Source: a virus
Lineage: Duplodnaviria > Caudoviricetes
Virus record (IMG/VR): IMGVR_UViG_3300005512_000191
Coordinates: 1-32,308 of that record
DNA length: 32,308 nt
Strand: one strand, 5' to 3'
Below the pieces are notes generated by a model. That model saw only the letters and a list, made by a program, of their open reading frames with translations. It ran no database searches and had not been told where the DNA came from. Positions 14,144-23,129 of this stretch are shown here, one piece after another; position 1 is the first letter of the stretch; each line of letters starts with the position of its first letter. The translations under genes were made by a program, and so were the position numbers.

Positions 14144-16197
14144 ACGGTATCCTGGCACAGCTATTCGAGGGGCGGGCCTCAGTGGGACAGAGTTTCCACG
14201 TGAGCCAGACGCCACCCGCGTGGGTGGATGACTGGTCTGGACTGGAGACCGACGCCGGGGTGCGTGTCGGCGAGGACAACGCCCTGGAGATCAACGCGGT
14301 CTATGCCTGTGTGCGAGTGCTTTCCGAGACGCTGGCCCAGTTGCCGCTGCTGCTCTACCGGCGACGCGCCGACGGCGGCAAGGATCGCGAAATTGGGCAC
14401 GCGCTCTATCCGATCCTGCACAACCTGCCCAATCCTGAGATCACCGCCTTTGAGTTCCGTGAGGCGCTCATGGGGCACCTGGCGACGTGGGGCAATGCCT
14501 ACGCCGAGATCGCTTGGACCAACGCCGGTCAGATCGGCGCCTTGTGGCCCCTGCGTCCCGACCGTATGGAGCGCATCGAGCGCCGCAATGGGGAGCTGGT
14601 CTATCACTACCGGCTGCCTGATCGTGTCGGGGGATCCCTGAAGACCTTTGGGTCAGAGCGCATTATGCATATCCGCGGTCTCTCCTATGACGGCCTGATG
14701 GGCTATTCGCCGATCCGCAAGCAGCGCAATATGTTGGCGCTGGCCAAGGCGACGGAGAGTTTCGGTAGTCGCTTCTTTGCCAATGATGCACGCCCCGGCG
14801 GCATATTGGAGCATCCTGGCACGCTGAGCGATCCTGCTCACAAGCGGCTCAAGGGATCGTGGGAGAAGCGCCACCAGGGGCTGCAGAACAGCCACCGCGT
14901 AGCCATCCTCGAAGAGGGCATGAAGTTCCACGAGGTGGGGCTACCGCCCGAGGATGCCCAGTTCCTGCAGACGCGCACCTTCCAGCTGGGCGAGATCGCG
15001 CGCATGTACCGCATGCCACCGCATATGATCCAGGACCTGGAGCGGGCCACGTTCAGCAATATTGAACACCAGAGCATTGACTTCGTGGTCTACACCATGG
15101 GGCCCTGGCTGGCACGCTGGGAACAGGCCATCTATCGGGACCTGCTGCTACCGGCAGAGCGCACGCAGCTATTCGCCGAGTTCCTGGTGGATGCGCTACT
15201 GCGCGGCGACATCAAGAGCCGCTACGACGCCTACGCGATCGCGCGACAGAACGGCTGGATGAGCGCCAACGACATCCGCAGCCGCGAGAATATGAACCCC
15301 ATCGAGGACGGCGATGTGTACCTGGTGCCGCTGAATATGATCCCGGCGAATATGGTGAGCACGATGGGGCTGCCGCAGGGCATGGAGACAGATGCGGAGG
15401 ACGCGCGATCTTTGACGCGTGCCGAGTCCCCCACCCCGCAGGCTGCCCAGCACGAGACACGCGCACTGCGATCGGCAACCACGCGGCACAGGCTGCAGCG
15501 CGCACACTTCGCGCTCTACGAGGATGTGGCGGCGCGGGTGCTGCGACGTGAGGCCAACGACGTGCGCAACGCCGCACAGAAACATTTCCAGCGCCGCGAT
15601 ATGTCTACATTCAGCCTGTGGCTGGACGAGTTCTACCGCGACCACGCGGACTTCGTCCGTGATCAGTTCACCCCGTTGGCCATGAGCTACGGACGGTTGA
15701 TCACGGCTGAGGCACGCGAGGAGGTCGGTGAGACGGACGAGATGACCGCCGGGATTGAGGCGTGGATCCGCAGTTATTTGGACACCTTCGCCTACCGGCA
15801 CACGGCTATCAGCGAGGGGCGCATCCGTGAGGTTGTGCGTCAGGCCCTGGAGAACAACGAAGATCCGCTCACCGCCGTCGAGGCGTTGATCGAATCGTGG
15901 CCCGACACGCGCGCGGGGGAGATCGCACGCTGGGAGAGCGTGCGCTACAACAATGCGTTGGGCGTGGCCATCTATGCCGGTGCCGGGATTCTCAACCTGC
16001 GCTGGGTAGCTTTTGGCGAGAGTTGCCCCTACTGCAGCGACCTGAACGGGCGCGTGGTGGGGATCCGTCAGCAGTTCCTGGCCGCCGGTGAGGATTTCCA
16101 GCCGGAGGGCGCACAGGCACCGTTGCACGTGAACCGCAACGTCGGCCACGCACCGGCACACGCCGGATGTGATTGCATGGTGGTGGCGTCAGTATGA
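14140..16197 (+). CDS. HK97-family portal fused to MuF/SPP1 gp7-like head morphogenesis domain
   Basis: AVYACVRVLSETLAQLPL, GNAYAEI, FSNIEHQS, GWMSANDIR; C-terminal WVAFGESCPYCSDLNG...PAHAGCDC; GTG 14140 with GAGGT RBS. Confidence 0.92.
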   Translation: MNGILAQLFEGRASVGQSFHVSQTPPAWVDDWSGLETDAGVRVGEDNALEINAVYACVRVLSETLAQLPLLLYRRRADGGKDREIGHALYPILHNLPNPEITAFEFREALMGHLATWGNAYAEIAWTNAGQIGALWPLRPDRMERIERRNGELVYHYRLPDRVGGSLKTFGSERIMHIRGLSYDGLMGYSPIRKQRNMLALAKATESFGSRFFANDARPGGILEHPGTLSDPAHKRLKGSWEKRHQGLQNSHRVAILEEGMKFHEVGLPPEDAQFLQTRTFQLGEIARMYRMPPHMIQDLERATFSNIEHQSIDFVVYTMGPWLARWEQAIYRDLLLPAERTQLFAEFLVDALLRGDIKSRYDAYAIARQNGWMSANDIRSRENMNPIEDGDVYLVPLNMIPANMVSTMGLPQGMETDAEDARSLTRAESPTPQAAQHETRALRSATTRHRLQRAHFALYEDVAARVLRREANDVRNAAQKHFQRRDMSTFSLWLDEFYRDHADFVRDQFTPLAMSYGRLITAEAREEVGETDEMTAGIEAWIRSYLDTFAYRHTAISEGRIREVVRQALENNEDPLTAVEALIESWPDTRAGEIARWESVRYNNALGVAIYAGAGILNLRWVAFGESCPYCSDLNGRVVGIRQQFLAAGEDFQPEGAQAPLHVNRNVGHAPAHAGCDCMVVASV

Positions 16198-16571
16198 GCA
16201 AGCGGAAAAGCGGACCAGCGAAAAAGCGAATGGGCGAAACGGCGAGCGAGCTTGAAGGGGATTTCCGGATTGCGTGGTTGACAATGGCGCAACAAGAGGG
16301 GGCGCCTGCATTTGAAGCGCAGTACCGGTTTCATCCGGAGCGCGCGTGGGCGTTTGACTTCGCGTGGCCGGCACAACGCGTGGCGGTCGAGATCGACGGC
16401 GGGCAGTGGCAGGCGCATGGGGGCCGGCACGCCCGCGACACGGACAAAGAGAAGCTGAATCAGGCGGCGGTCCGAGGATGGCGCGTGCTGCACTACAGCG
16501 GCACGATGCTCAATAATCCGGAGCGCGTAGTCGCTGAGGTACGGAGAGCACTGGAGGGAACGTATGTTTGA
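16194..16571 (+). CDS. PD-(D/E)xK endonuclease-like protein (DUF559/Vsr-like)
   Basis: QYRFHPERAWAFDFAWPAQRVAVEIDGG...GWRVLHYS. Confidence 0.85.
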   Translation: MSKRKSGPAKKRMGETASELEGDFRIAWLTMAQQEGAPAFEAQYRFHPERAWAFDFAWPAQRVAVEIDGGQWQAHGGRHARDTDKEKLNQAAVRGWRVLHYSGTMLNNPERVVAEVRRALEGTYV

Positions 16572-17205
16572 GCGAATCGAGGTAGAGCGGCGGTTTGTGG
16601 CGTCTGAGCTGCGGATCGTTGAGGAAGACGACGGACAGACGCATATCCGCGGCTACGGAGCGGTCTTCAACAGCCGCTCGGAGGATCTGGGCGGGTTCAT
16701 CGAGCTGATCGCGCCGGGTGCGTTTGCCAAGACGCTGCAGGAGGCCGATGTACGCAGCCTGCAGAACCACGACCCGAACTATGTGATCGGACGCAGTACG
16801 GCGGGCACGCTGACACTGCGAGAAGACGACCACGGACTGTATTACGACGCGATCGCGCCGGATACGCAGTGGGCGCGTGATCTGATCGTGAGCATGCGCC
16901 GCGGTGATATGAACCAGAGCAGCTTCGGGTTCCGCACCGTGCGCGACTCGTGGGCCGCAGATGAAGAGCGCGACGTGATCATCCGCACGCTGCACGAGGT
17001 GCAATTGTACGATGTCGGGCCGGTAACATTCCCAGCCTACCCACATACGTCATCCGAGGCGCGGGATCGCGCATCGGCGATGGCCACAGGGACACCCCCA
17101 GCGCCGCCCGAGGACGGGCACCCTGAGGGTGATGGTGACGAGGGCGAGGCTCAGGTGAGCGTCGATATCCTCCGCCGTCGCTTGGACCTGTTGGAAGCTG
17201 AGTAG
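16564..17205 (+). CDS. HK97-type prohead protease
   Basis: IRGYGAVFNS, NHDPNYVIGR, SSFGF, LYDVGPVTFPAY. Confidence 0.95.
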   Translation: MFERIEVERRFVASELRIVEEDDGQTHIRGYGAVFNSRSEDLGGFIELIAPGAFAKTLQEADVRSLQNHDPNYVIGRSTAGTLTLREDDHGLYYDAIAPDTQWARDLIVSMRRGDMNQSSFGFRTVRDSWAADEERDVIIRTLHEVQLYDVGPVTFPAYPHTSSEARDRASAMATGTPPAPPEDGHPEGDGDEGEAQVSVDILRRRLDLLEAE

Positions 17206-17236
17206 TCAATCTACCTGAAGACGGAGGAATACCATT

Positions 17237-18535
17237 ATGACCGCACGAAGTTTGGAGCTACGCCAAGAGCGTGCCGGCCTGATTCACGAGGCACGGGCGA
17301 TCCTGGACGCTGCAGAGACTGAGGAGCGCGCACTCACTCAGGAGGACGAAAACCGCTACGACGCGCTGATGACCCAGGTCAACGATCTGTTGACCCAGGC
17401 GGAGCGCTTTGAGAATCAGGAACGCATGGAGCGTGAGCTCGGGCAACCGCTGAACGTGCGCACGGCACCCGGTGACGGGCAGACTGCACAGGCGTTCCAG
17501 TTCACCAGCCGCGGCTTGCGGATGGCCCACGAGGTCAATCCGCACTTCATCGAAGAGCCGGAGTGGCGCGGTCTGGCTGCGATGGCCACCGATGCACGTC
17601 ACAGCGCTTTCAGCCGCTGGATGCGCGGCATTCAAGTAAGCGGCGACGAAGTGCGTGCGCTGCAAGTGGACAGCGACACCGCCGGTGGGTACCTGGTGAC
17701 CCCGGTGCAGATCGTGGACCGCATGATCCAGGCGGTGGATAACCTCGTCTATATGCGGCAGTGGGCGAGCGTCTTCGCCGTGCCCAATGCTGACAGCCTG
17801 GGCGCTCCCAGCCTGGACACCGATCCGGCAGACCCCACGTGGACCGCAGAGATCGCGATCGGGACCGAGGACAGTTCCATGGCCTTTGGGCATCGCGAGC
17901 TGACCCCGCACCCGTTGGCCAAGTACATCAAGATCTCGCGCACCTTGCTGCGCAAGGTCCCGCAGAGCGAGAGCTTGGTCGCCGATCGGCTAGCCTACAA
18001 GTTCGCAGTGACTGCGGAGAACGCCTACCTGAACGGGTCGGGTGCCAATCAGCCGCTGGGTGTGTTCACGGCCTCGGACTACGGCATCGGTACCAGCCGC
18101 GACGTGAGCACGGGCAACACCACCACCGCCATGACCTTCGATGGGCTGATCGAGGCCAAGTACAGCTTGAAGCAACAGTACTGGCCACGCGCCCGCTGGA
18201 TGTTCCACCGCGATGGTGTGAAGATGATCGCCAAGCTCAAGGACGGAGAGGAGCAGTATCTGTGGCGCGAGAGCGTGCGTGTGGGCGAACCTGACCGCAT
18301 TCTGAACATGCCGGTGGCCATGAGCGAGTACGTCCCGAATACCTTCACCACGGGTCTCTACGTCGGTGTCCTGGGCGACTTCAGCCAATACTGGATCGCC
18401 GACGCGTTGAACATGGAGATGCAGCGGTTGGTGGAGCTGTACGCCGCCACTAACCAGGTGGGCTTCATTGCACGGATGGAATCGGACGGGATGCCGGTAC
18501 AGGCTGAGGCGTTCGCACGGGTAACCCTGGCCTAG
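17237..18535 (+). CDS. Major capsid protein, HK97 family (with N-terminal delta domain)
   Basis: Coiled-coil N-terminus, AGGYLVTP, AYLNGSGANQPLG, GDFSQY, NQVGF. Confidence 0.96.
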   Translation: MTARSLELRQERAGLIHEARAILDAAETEERALTQEDENRYDALMTQVNDLLTQAERFENQERMERELGQPLNVRTAPGDGQTAQAFQFTSRGLRMAHEVNPHFIEEPEWRGLAAMATDARHSAFSRWMRGIQVSGDEVRALQVDSDTAGGYLVTPVQIVDRMIQAVDNLVYMRQWASVFAVPNADSLGAPSLDTDPADPTWTAEIAIGTEDSSMAFGHRELTPHPLAKYIKISRTLLRKVPQSESLVADRLAYKFAVTAENAYLNGSGANQPLGVFTASDYGIGTSRDVSTGNTTTAMTFDGLIEAKYSLKQQYWPRARWMFHRDGVKMIAKLKDGEEQYLWRESVRVGEPDRILNMPVAMSEYVPNTFTTGLYVGVLGDFSQYWIADALNMEMQRLVELYAATNQVGFIARMESDGMPVQAEAFARVTLA

Positions 18536-18584
18536 GCCGATCTAGTGTTCGTGAGTTTCTGAGCATCACACATGGAGGTGTGAC

Positions 18585-19031
18585 GTGAATCTGTTGAAGA
18601 ATGTGAAGTTCCAGGAGGTTCTAGCACCGGTGTCTGCGGGCAGCAGCATCGACTCGAACTCCGACATCCTGGATATGGTCGGGTATGACGGCGTGGTATT
18701 CATCGTGCCCATTACCGACAGCGCGGACACCGGTGTGGCCACCCTGACAATCGAGCAAAACACCGACAACTCGGATACCGGTATGGCTGCTCTGAGCGGG
18801 GCTAGCGCGACCGCGACATCAGCCGCGGACGACGATCTGAACAACACGCTGCTGATTGTGGATGTGTACAAGCCTCTGGAGCGCTATATCCAGGGCGTGC
18901 TGACATCGGCCACCGCGAACATTGCCTACGGCAATATGATCGCAATCCAGTACAAGGGCAGCAAGGCGCCCATCACACAGCCGGCGAGTGTGCAGGCGTC
19001 TACGTTGGTGGTTAGCCCGGCTGAGGCATAG
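18585..19031 (+). CDS. Putative capsid decoration/minor head protein
   Basis: Beta-rich, directly after the capsid gene, GGAGG RBS. Confidence 0.65.
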   Translation: MNLLKNVKFQEVLAPVSAGSSIDSNSDILDMVGYDGVVFIVPITDSADTGVATLTIEQNTDNSDTGMAALSGASATATSAADDDLNNTLLIVDVYKPLERYIQGVLTSATANIAYGNMIAIQYKGSKAPITQPASVQASTLVVSPAEA

Positions 19032-19060
19032 CCGGAGGGCCATATCTGACAAAAACTGAC

Positions 19061-19086
19061 GAGGGGGCCGGGAAGCCGGTCCCCTC
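19061..19086 (+). terminator. GC hairpin after head genes (attenuator or mRNA stabiliser; no U-tract)
   Basis: GAGGGGGCCGG-GAAG-CCGGTCCCCTC. Confidence 0.5.
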
Positions 19087-19095
19087 CTCCAGGAG

Positions 19096-19425
19096 GTGGA
19101 GCGTGGGAAAACGTGGTTTCGAGAGATGGATGGCGTGGTGTTTGCGGTCAATTGTCACGTCGGTGACCAGACATCGCCGATGCTGGAGGCTCTGTTAGCG
19201 GCTGGGGCTGCCTATGTGATCTCCGGGGAGGGTCCCAACTATGGCCCCCCAGGCGGTCCGCTGTATGGCGCGCCACTGTTGGGTCTGTGGCTACGGCGAT
19301 GTCTGAGCATGGGCATGGGAGTCCCCACGGCATTGCGTGCCGCGAAGCGTTTCGCGGCACTGCGCGGCGGTGGTCAGTACGTGGTTGAGGATGTGATGGC
19401 CTTTGAGGCCGTGCGAGGGGCATGA
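19096..19425 (+). pseudogene. C-terminal half of a CHAT/caspase-fold-like protein, probably truncated
   Basis: VVFAVNCHVG...MLEALLAAGAAYVISG resembles the CHAT Cys motif; no upstream His motif; the RBS-optimal GTG at 19103 is in another frame. Confidence 0.45.
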
Positions 19426-19426
19426 G

Positions 19427-19786
19427 ATGAGAATCAGAATGCGGACGTTGGCGGCATCACCGGAGCGGATCATGCGTCCGGGTGAGGTCGTCGAAGTCGA
19501 TCAATCGAAGGCTGTAGAAATGATCCGCGGCGGTTACGCTGAGGCGGTCGCCGTGACGGATGTCCATGAGCGCAGCGTGGCCATGGTGATGGCTCCCGAG
19601 GCGCGCACAAAGGCGCTCCTGGATGTGGCGGGCATCGGCGAGGCGAGCGCCTGTGCGCTGATCGAGATGGGGATCCTGACCGCGGCTGAACTGGCAGAGG
19701 CCGACGCTGCGACAATTGCCAAAGCGCTGCCGGGTGTCACGGCTGCGCGGTGGATCGAAGCTGCGCGCGATAGTGTGAGGGCCTAA
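19427..19786 (+). CDS. Small head-region protein with C-terminal helix-hairpin-helix
   Basis: PGEVVEVDQSKAVEMIRGGYAE and LLDVAGIGEASACALIEMGILTAAELAEAD. Confidence 0.75.
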   Translation: MRIRMRTLAASPERIMRPGEVVEVDQSKAVEMIRGGYAEAVAVTDVHERSVAMVMAPEARTKALLDVAGIGEASACALIEMGILTAAELAEADAATIAKALPGVTAARWIEAARDSVRA

Positions 19787-20370
19787 TGGGCACCTATGCA
19801 TTGGTAACAGCACCGACCGTTGAGCCGGTCACCACGGCAGAGGCCAAGCTGCATTTGCGGGTGGATATTGACGCGGATGACGCGCTCATCGCAGCCCTGA
19901 TCCAGGCGGCACGCGAACAGGTCGAGGCGGTGACCGATCGCGCGTTGATCACGCAGACATGGGCATGGCACGCCGATGCCTTTCCGCAGACGGACACGTT
20001 GGAACTGCTACTCCCCCCACTCCAGAGCGTGACCTCGATCACCTACACGGATGCCGACGGCGACGTACACACCTTTGCATCATCAAACTATCAGGTCGAT
20101 ACCGCGAGTGCACCGGGACGCATTGTGTTGGTATCCGGAGCCAGTTGGCCCGCGGACACATTGCGCGCCGCCAACGGGGTCACGGTGACCTTTGTGGCGG
20201 GCTATGGCGACGCCGGCAGTGCGGTACCCGCCTCGCTGAGGGCGGCGATGAAGCTGCTGGTCGGGCACTGGTACGAACATCGCGAGCAGGTGGTCCTGGG
20301 CACCGGGGCCCGCGAAGTGCCGATGGGCGCGACGATGCTCATGTGGCCCTACCGCGTGGTGACCTTCTGA
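19786..20370 (+). CDS. Head-tail connector (gp6/phiE125 gp8-like)
   Basis: EPVTTAEAKLHLRVD..DDALIAALIQAARE, LLVGHWYEHRE. Confidence 0.92.
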   Translation: MGTYALVTAPTVEPVTTAEAKLHLRVDIDADDALIAALIQAAREQVEAVTDRALITQTWAWHADAFPQTDTLELLLPPLQSVTSITYTDADGDVHTFASSNYQVDTASAPGRIVLVSGASWPADTLRAANGVTVTFVAGYGDAGSAVPASLRAAMKLLVGHWYEHREQVVLGTGAREVPMGATMLMWPYRVVTF

Positions 20371-20693
20371 TGCGCTCAGGTGAGTTGCGGCATCGCGTGA
20401 CCATTCAGCAGAAGACCGTCACGCGCAACGACTACCACGATGAAGTGATCGCGTGGACCGATGTGGACAGCGTATGGGCGGCGATTGAGCCACTGCAGGG
20501 ACGTGAGTTCATCGAGGCGCGGCGTGCCGGCGCGGAACAGCCGCACTGGATCCGGTTACGTTACCGCGACGATGTGACGCCGGCGATGCGCATCGTCTGG
20601 GGTGCGCACACCTACGATATTGAGAGCGTGGTGGATCTCGACGGACGGCAACGCGAGCTGCGCGTGATGTGCAATGAGGTGCTGAATGAGTAG
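20370..20693 (+). CDS. Head closure protein (SPP1 gp16-like)
   Basis: MRSGELRHRVTIQ, VWAAIEPLQGRE, IRLRYRDDVTPAMRI. Confidence 0.92.
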   Translation: MRSGELRHRVTIQQKTVTRNDYHDEVIAWTDVDSVWAAIEPLQGREFIEARRAGAEQPHWIRLRYRDDVTPAMRIVWGAHTYDIESVVDLDGRQRELRVMCNEVLNE

Positions 20694-21129
20694 CGTGAGC
20701 ATACGGCTCGAAGGGCAAGAGGAGCTGCTGGCCCAGCTCAAAGCGATCGGCGCCGAAGTTGAGCGCGAGGTCGAGGCGGCGCTGACGTCCGGAGCGAAGC
20801 CCCTCGTCGAACGCGCCAACGATCTGGCGCCCCACCCGCAGATCCTTATTGAGGTGCGCGAGTCGCGCGGCGGTGCGGTTGTTGTGGCGGTCGGATTCCC
20901 TGGCGAAAAGTGGTATTGGCGTTTCTTCGAGCTTGGTGCAGGCGCGCATGAGATCAAAGGTGACCCACGGCTGGCGTTCCAGGGTCGCGGGGGCGTGATG
21001 CGCCCAGTGCGGGTGAGCCATCCGGGTATGGCCGCGGAACCATTCCTGCGCCCAGCCTATGACGAGACCCACGCTGAGATTGTGCGCCGGATTGGCGACT
21101 ACATACGCTCGGTGATTGAGCAATGCTAG
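20686..21129 (+). CDS. HK97 gp10-like tail component
   Basis: YWRFFELG...HPGMAAEPFLRPAYD. Confidence 0.88.
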   Translation: MSSVSIRLEGQEELLAQLKAIGAEVEREVEAALTSGAKPLVERANDLAPHPQILIEVRESRGGAVVVAVGFPGEKWYWRFFELGAGAHEIKGDPRLAFQGRGGVMRPVRVSHPGMAAEPFLRPAYDETHAEIVRRIGDYIRSVIEQC

Positions 21130-21482
21130 TCCCCGAAGCGCAGATCGGCTGGATATTGGACAACGATGCGGCACTCAGCGCGCTGATCGGCAGCCGCATC
21201 TACCCGTTGGTGGTGCCGCAGGACGCGACACGCCCGGCGATCGCCTACCAGCGCATCAGCGGTCCTAGGACCTATAGCCACGATGGCCCGACGATCGCCT
21301 TCGCCAGATTCCAGCTGACGTGCGAGGGCAACAATTATATGCAGGCGTGCCAGGTCGCGGCTGCGGCCCGAGTGGCGATGGAGCACAATGGTTGGCACTG
21401 TGCGAATGAGCAGGACAGCTTCCCCGATATCGCGGGGGCACCCGTGAAGCGTATGGACTTCACCCAGTATTACGAGGAGTGA
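21123..21482 (+). CDS. Tail terminator (DUF3168-like)
   Basis: LSALIGSRIYPLVVPQDATRPAIAYQRISG. Confidence 0.82.
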   Translation: MLVPEAQIGWILDNDAALSALIGSRIYPLVVPQDATRPAIAYQRISGPRTYSHDGPTIAFARFQLTCEGNNYMQACQVAAAARVAMEHNGWHCANEQDSFPDIAGAPVKRMDFTQYYEE

Positions 21483-21715
21483 CTATGACAAAAGAATCAG
21501 AGCAGTACGTCGTTGGCGCGTGGCACGGGAAGCCGCGCTACCAATGCCCGCTGTGCCCGTTTGACACGTTGCACGAGGAGGTGATCCGCGACCACGTGGC
21601 CAAGCATCGCAGCCCACCACCACAGCCCAGAGTCGTCCCCACGCTGGTCAACCGCTTCGGGCAACCGCTGACCGGCACCGAACCTGAGAACGGAGGCATT
21701 GATGGCGAGAACTGA
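21479..21715 (+). CDS. Small C2H2 zinc-finger protein
   Basis: YQCPLCPFDTLHEEVIRDHVAKH; start 21479 or 21485. Confidence 0.7.
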   Translation: MTMTKESEQYVVGAWHGKPRYQCPLCPFDTLHEEVIRDHVAKHRSPPPQPRVVPTLVNRFGQPLTGTEPENGGIDGEN

Positions 21716-22061
21716 TCTGACGAAGACCACGGCACAGGGCGCGTACGGAGGCTATGCCGCGGGCGCCGCTGATGTGACGATGGCGGCAGCCGACACGACG
21801 GACAAGAACCAATTCACCTGCCAGGGCAATGACCTGGTCATCGCACACAACACCGGCGGCAGCGCGGCAACCATCACGATCGACAGCGTCGCCGACCCCT
21901 ACGGGAGAGAGGGCGATATCACGGCCTACAGTCTGGGCGCCGGTGAGATCGCGACCTTCGGGCCCTTCAAGGCACAAGGCTGGCAGCAATCCGACGGCAA
22001 GATCTATCTGGAAGCAAGCAGCGCGGATGTGCAGTTCGGCGTCCTGGCGCTGCCGGGATAG
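21702..22061 (+). CDS. Hypothetical beta-rich virion protein
   Basis: GGAGG RBS; position before tail tube. Confidence 0.75.
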   Translation: MARTDLTKTTAQGAYGGYAAGAADVTMAAADTTDKNQFTCQGNDLVIAHNTGGSAATITIDSVADPYGREGDITAYSLGAGEIATFGPFKAQGWQQSDGKIYLEASSADVQFGVLALPG

Positions 22062-22103
22062 TCCAATTCACCTAGCAAAAAGAGTCTATAGGAGACAAAC
22101 ACT

Positions 22104-22526
22104 ATGGTTAAATCACTTGGAACATTGCTCAAGATCGGCGACGGTGAAGCCAGCGAATCCTTCACCACCATCGCCAACGTCTACGACATCAGCGGTCCGA
22201 ACCTCTCGCTGCGCACTGCCGAGACCACCAACCACAGCAGCACCGGCGGCTGGGCCGAGTACATCGGCACCGTCCTGGAGGGCGGACAGGTCACCTTCGA
22301 TGTTGGCTACGACCCCGTCGAGGACACGCACGACGCTACGAGTGGGTTGATCAACGATATGGAGAACCGCACCGTGCGTAACTTCCAGATCGTCTTCCCA
22401 GATCCCGCCACGACCACGTGGAGCATCTCGGCCCTGGTCACCGGCTTCGTCCCCAATGCGCCGGTGGACGGTGAGTTACGCGCCGCCGTAACCCTGCAGA
22501 TCAGCGGGCAGCCGACGCTGGCATAA
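22104..22526 (+). CDS. Major tail tube protein
   Basis: GTLLKIGDG...ISGPNLS...ETT...GGQVTFD...VTLQISGQPTLA. Confidence 0.9.
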   Translation: MVKSLGTLLKIGDGEASESFTTIANVYDISGPNLSLRTAETTNHSSTGGWAEYIGTVLEGGQVTFDVGYDPVEDTHDATSGLINDMENRTVRNFQIVFPDPATTTWSISALVTGFVPNAPVDGELRAAVTLQISGQPTLA

Positions 22527-22536
22527 AGGAGCGAGC

Positions 22537-22881
22537 ATGCCGAAACTGAACTTGCGAGAGAAGATCCTGGGGGTGAAGGACTGCCCCCAGGAGGAGATCG
22601 TCATCCCCGAGTGGGATGTCACCCTGTACGTGAAGCGCCTGGACGCCCAGGAACGCTTCGAGTTGAGCGACGCCGTGGGCAGTGGACGCAGCAACGTGGA
22701 GTTTATGGCGCTGGTGATCATCGGTTGCGTGGTGGATGCGGACGGCGTCGCGGTCTTCGATACCGAGGACGTGGACGTACTGATCCACAAGGCCGGCCCG
22801 CCGGTGCAACGGCTGTTCAATCTGGCCGATCGCCTGAACGGCTTCACCGATCGCGCGATCACGGCGGCGGAAAAAAACTAA
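22537..22881 (+). CDS. Tail assembly chaperone (gpG-like)
   Basis: IPEWDVTLYVK; ends AEKN at the slippery run GAAAAAAAC. Confidence 0.88.
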   Translation: MPKLNLREKILGVKDCPQEEIVIPEWDVTLYVKRLDAQERFELSDAVGSGRSNVEFMALVIIGCVVDADGVAVFDTEDVDVLIHKAGPPVQRLFNLADRLNGFTDRAITAAEKN

Positions 22882-23129
22882 CCTCCGAGCGCCGGTTTGC
22901 CTTTGAGCTGGCGCTGGCGCTCGGGATCCCGTCCCTCAGCGAGCTGGGGCGACGCATGACATCGCTGGAGTTCGCGGAGTGGCAGGCGTTCTTCCGCGTG
23001 CGGAATCAACAGACCGGCACACCTACCCGTAGTCGCAGCAAGGGCAAGACGCCGGATCAACAATTGCAGTACGTTACCATGCTGAACAAGATCTTCGGAG
23101 GCAAGGATACCCGTGAGCGCACTGGCTAG
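22870..23129 (+). CDS. -1 frameshift extension of tail chaperone (gpGT-like)
   Basis: A AAA AAC just before the stop; -1 frame reads RRFAFELALALG...MTSLEFAEWQAFF. Confidence 0.85.

Noticed and set aside
14190-14207. Chromosomal-type parS (GTTTCCACGTGAGCC)
   Set aside because: Poor symmetry, single copy inside the portal CDS, likely chance
12288-16197. Intein or intron in terminase or portal
   Set aside because: TerL has normal length; extra portal length is explained by the MuF-like domain; no intein splice motifs seen
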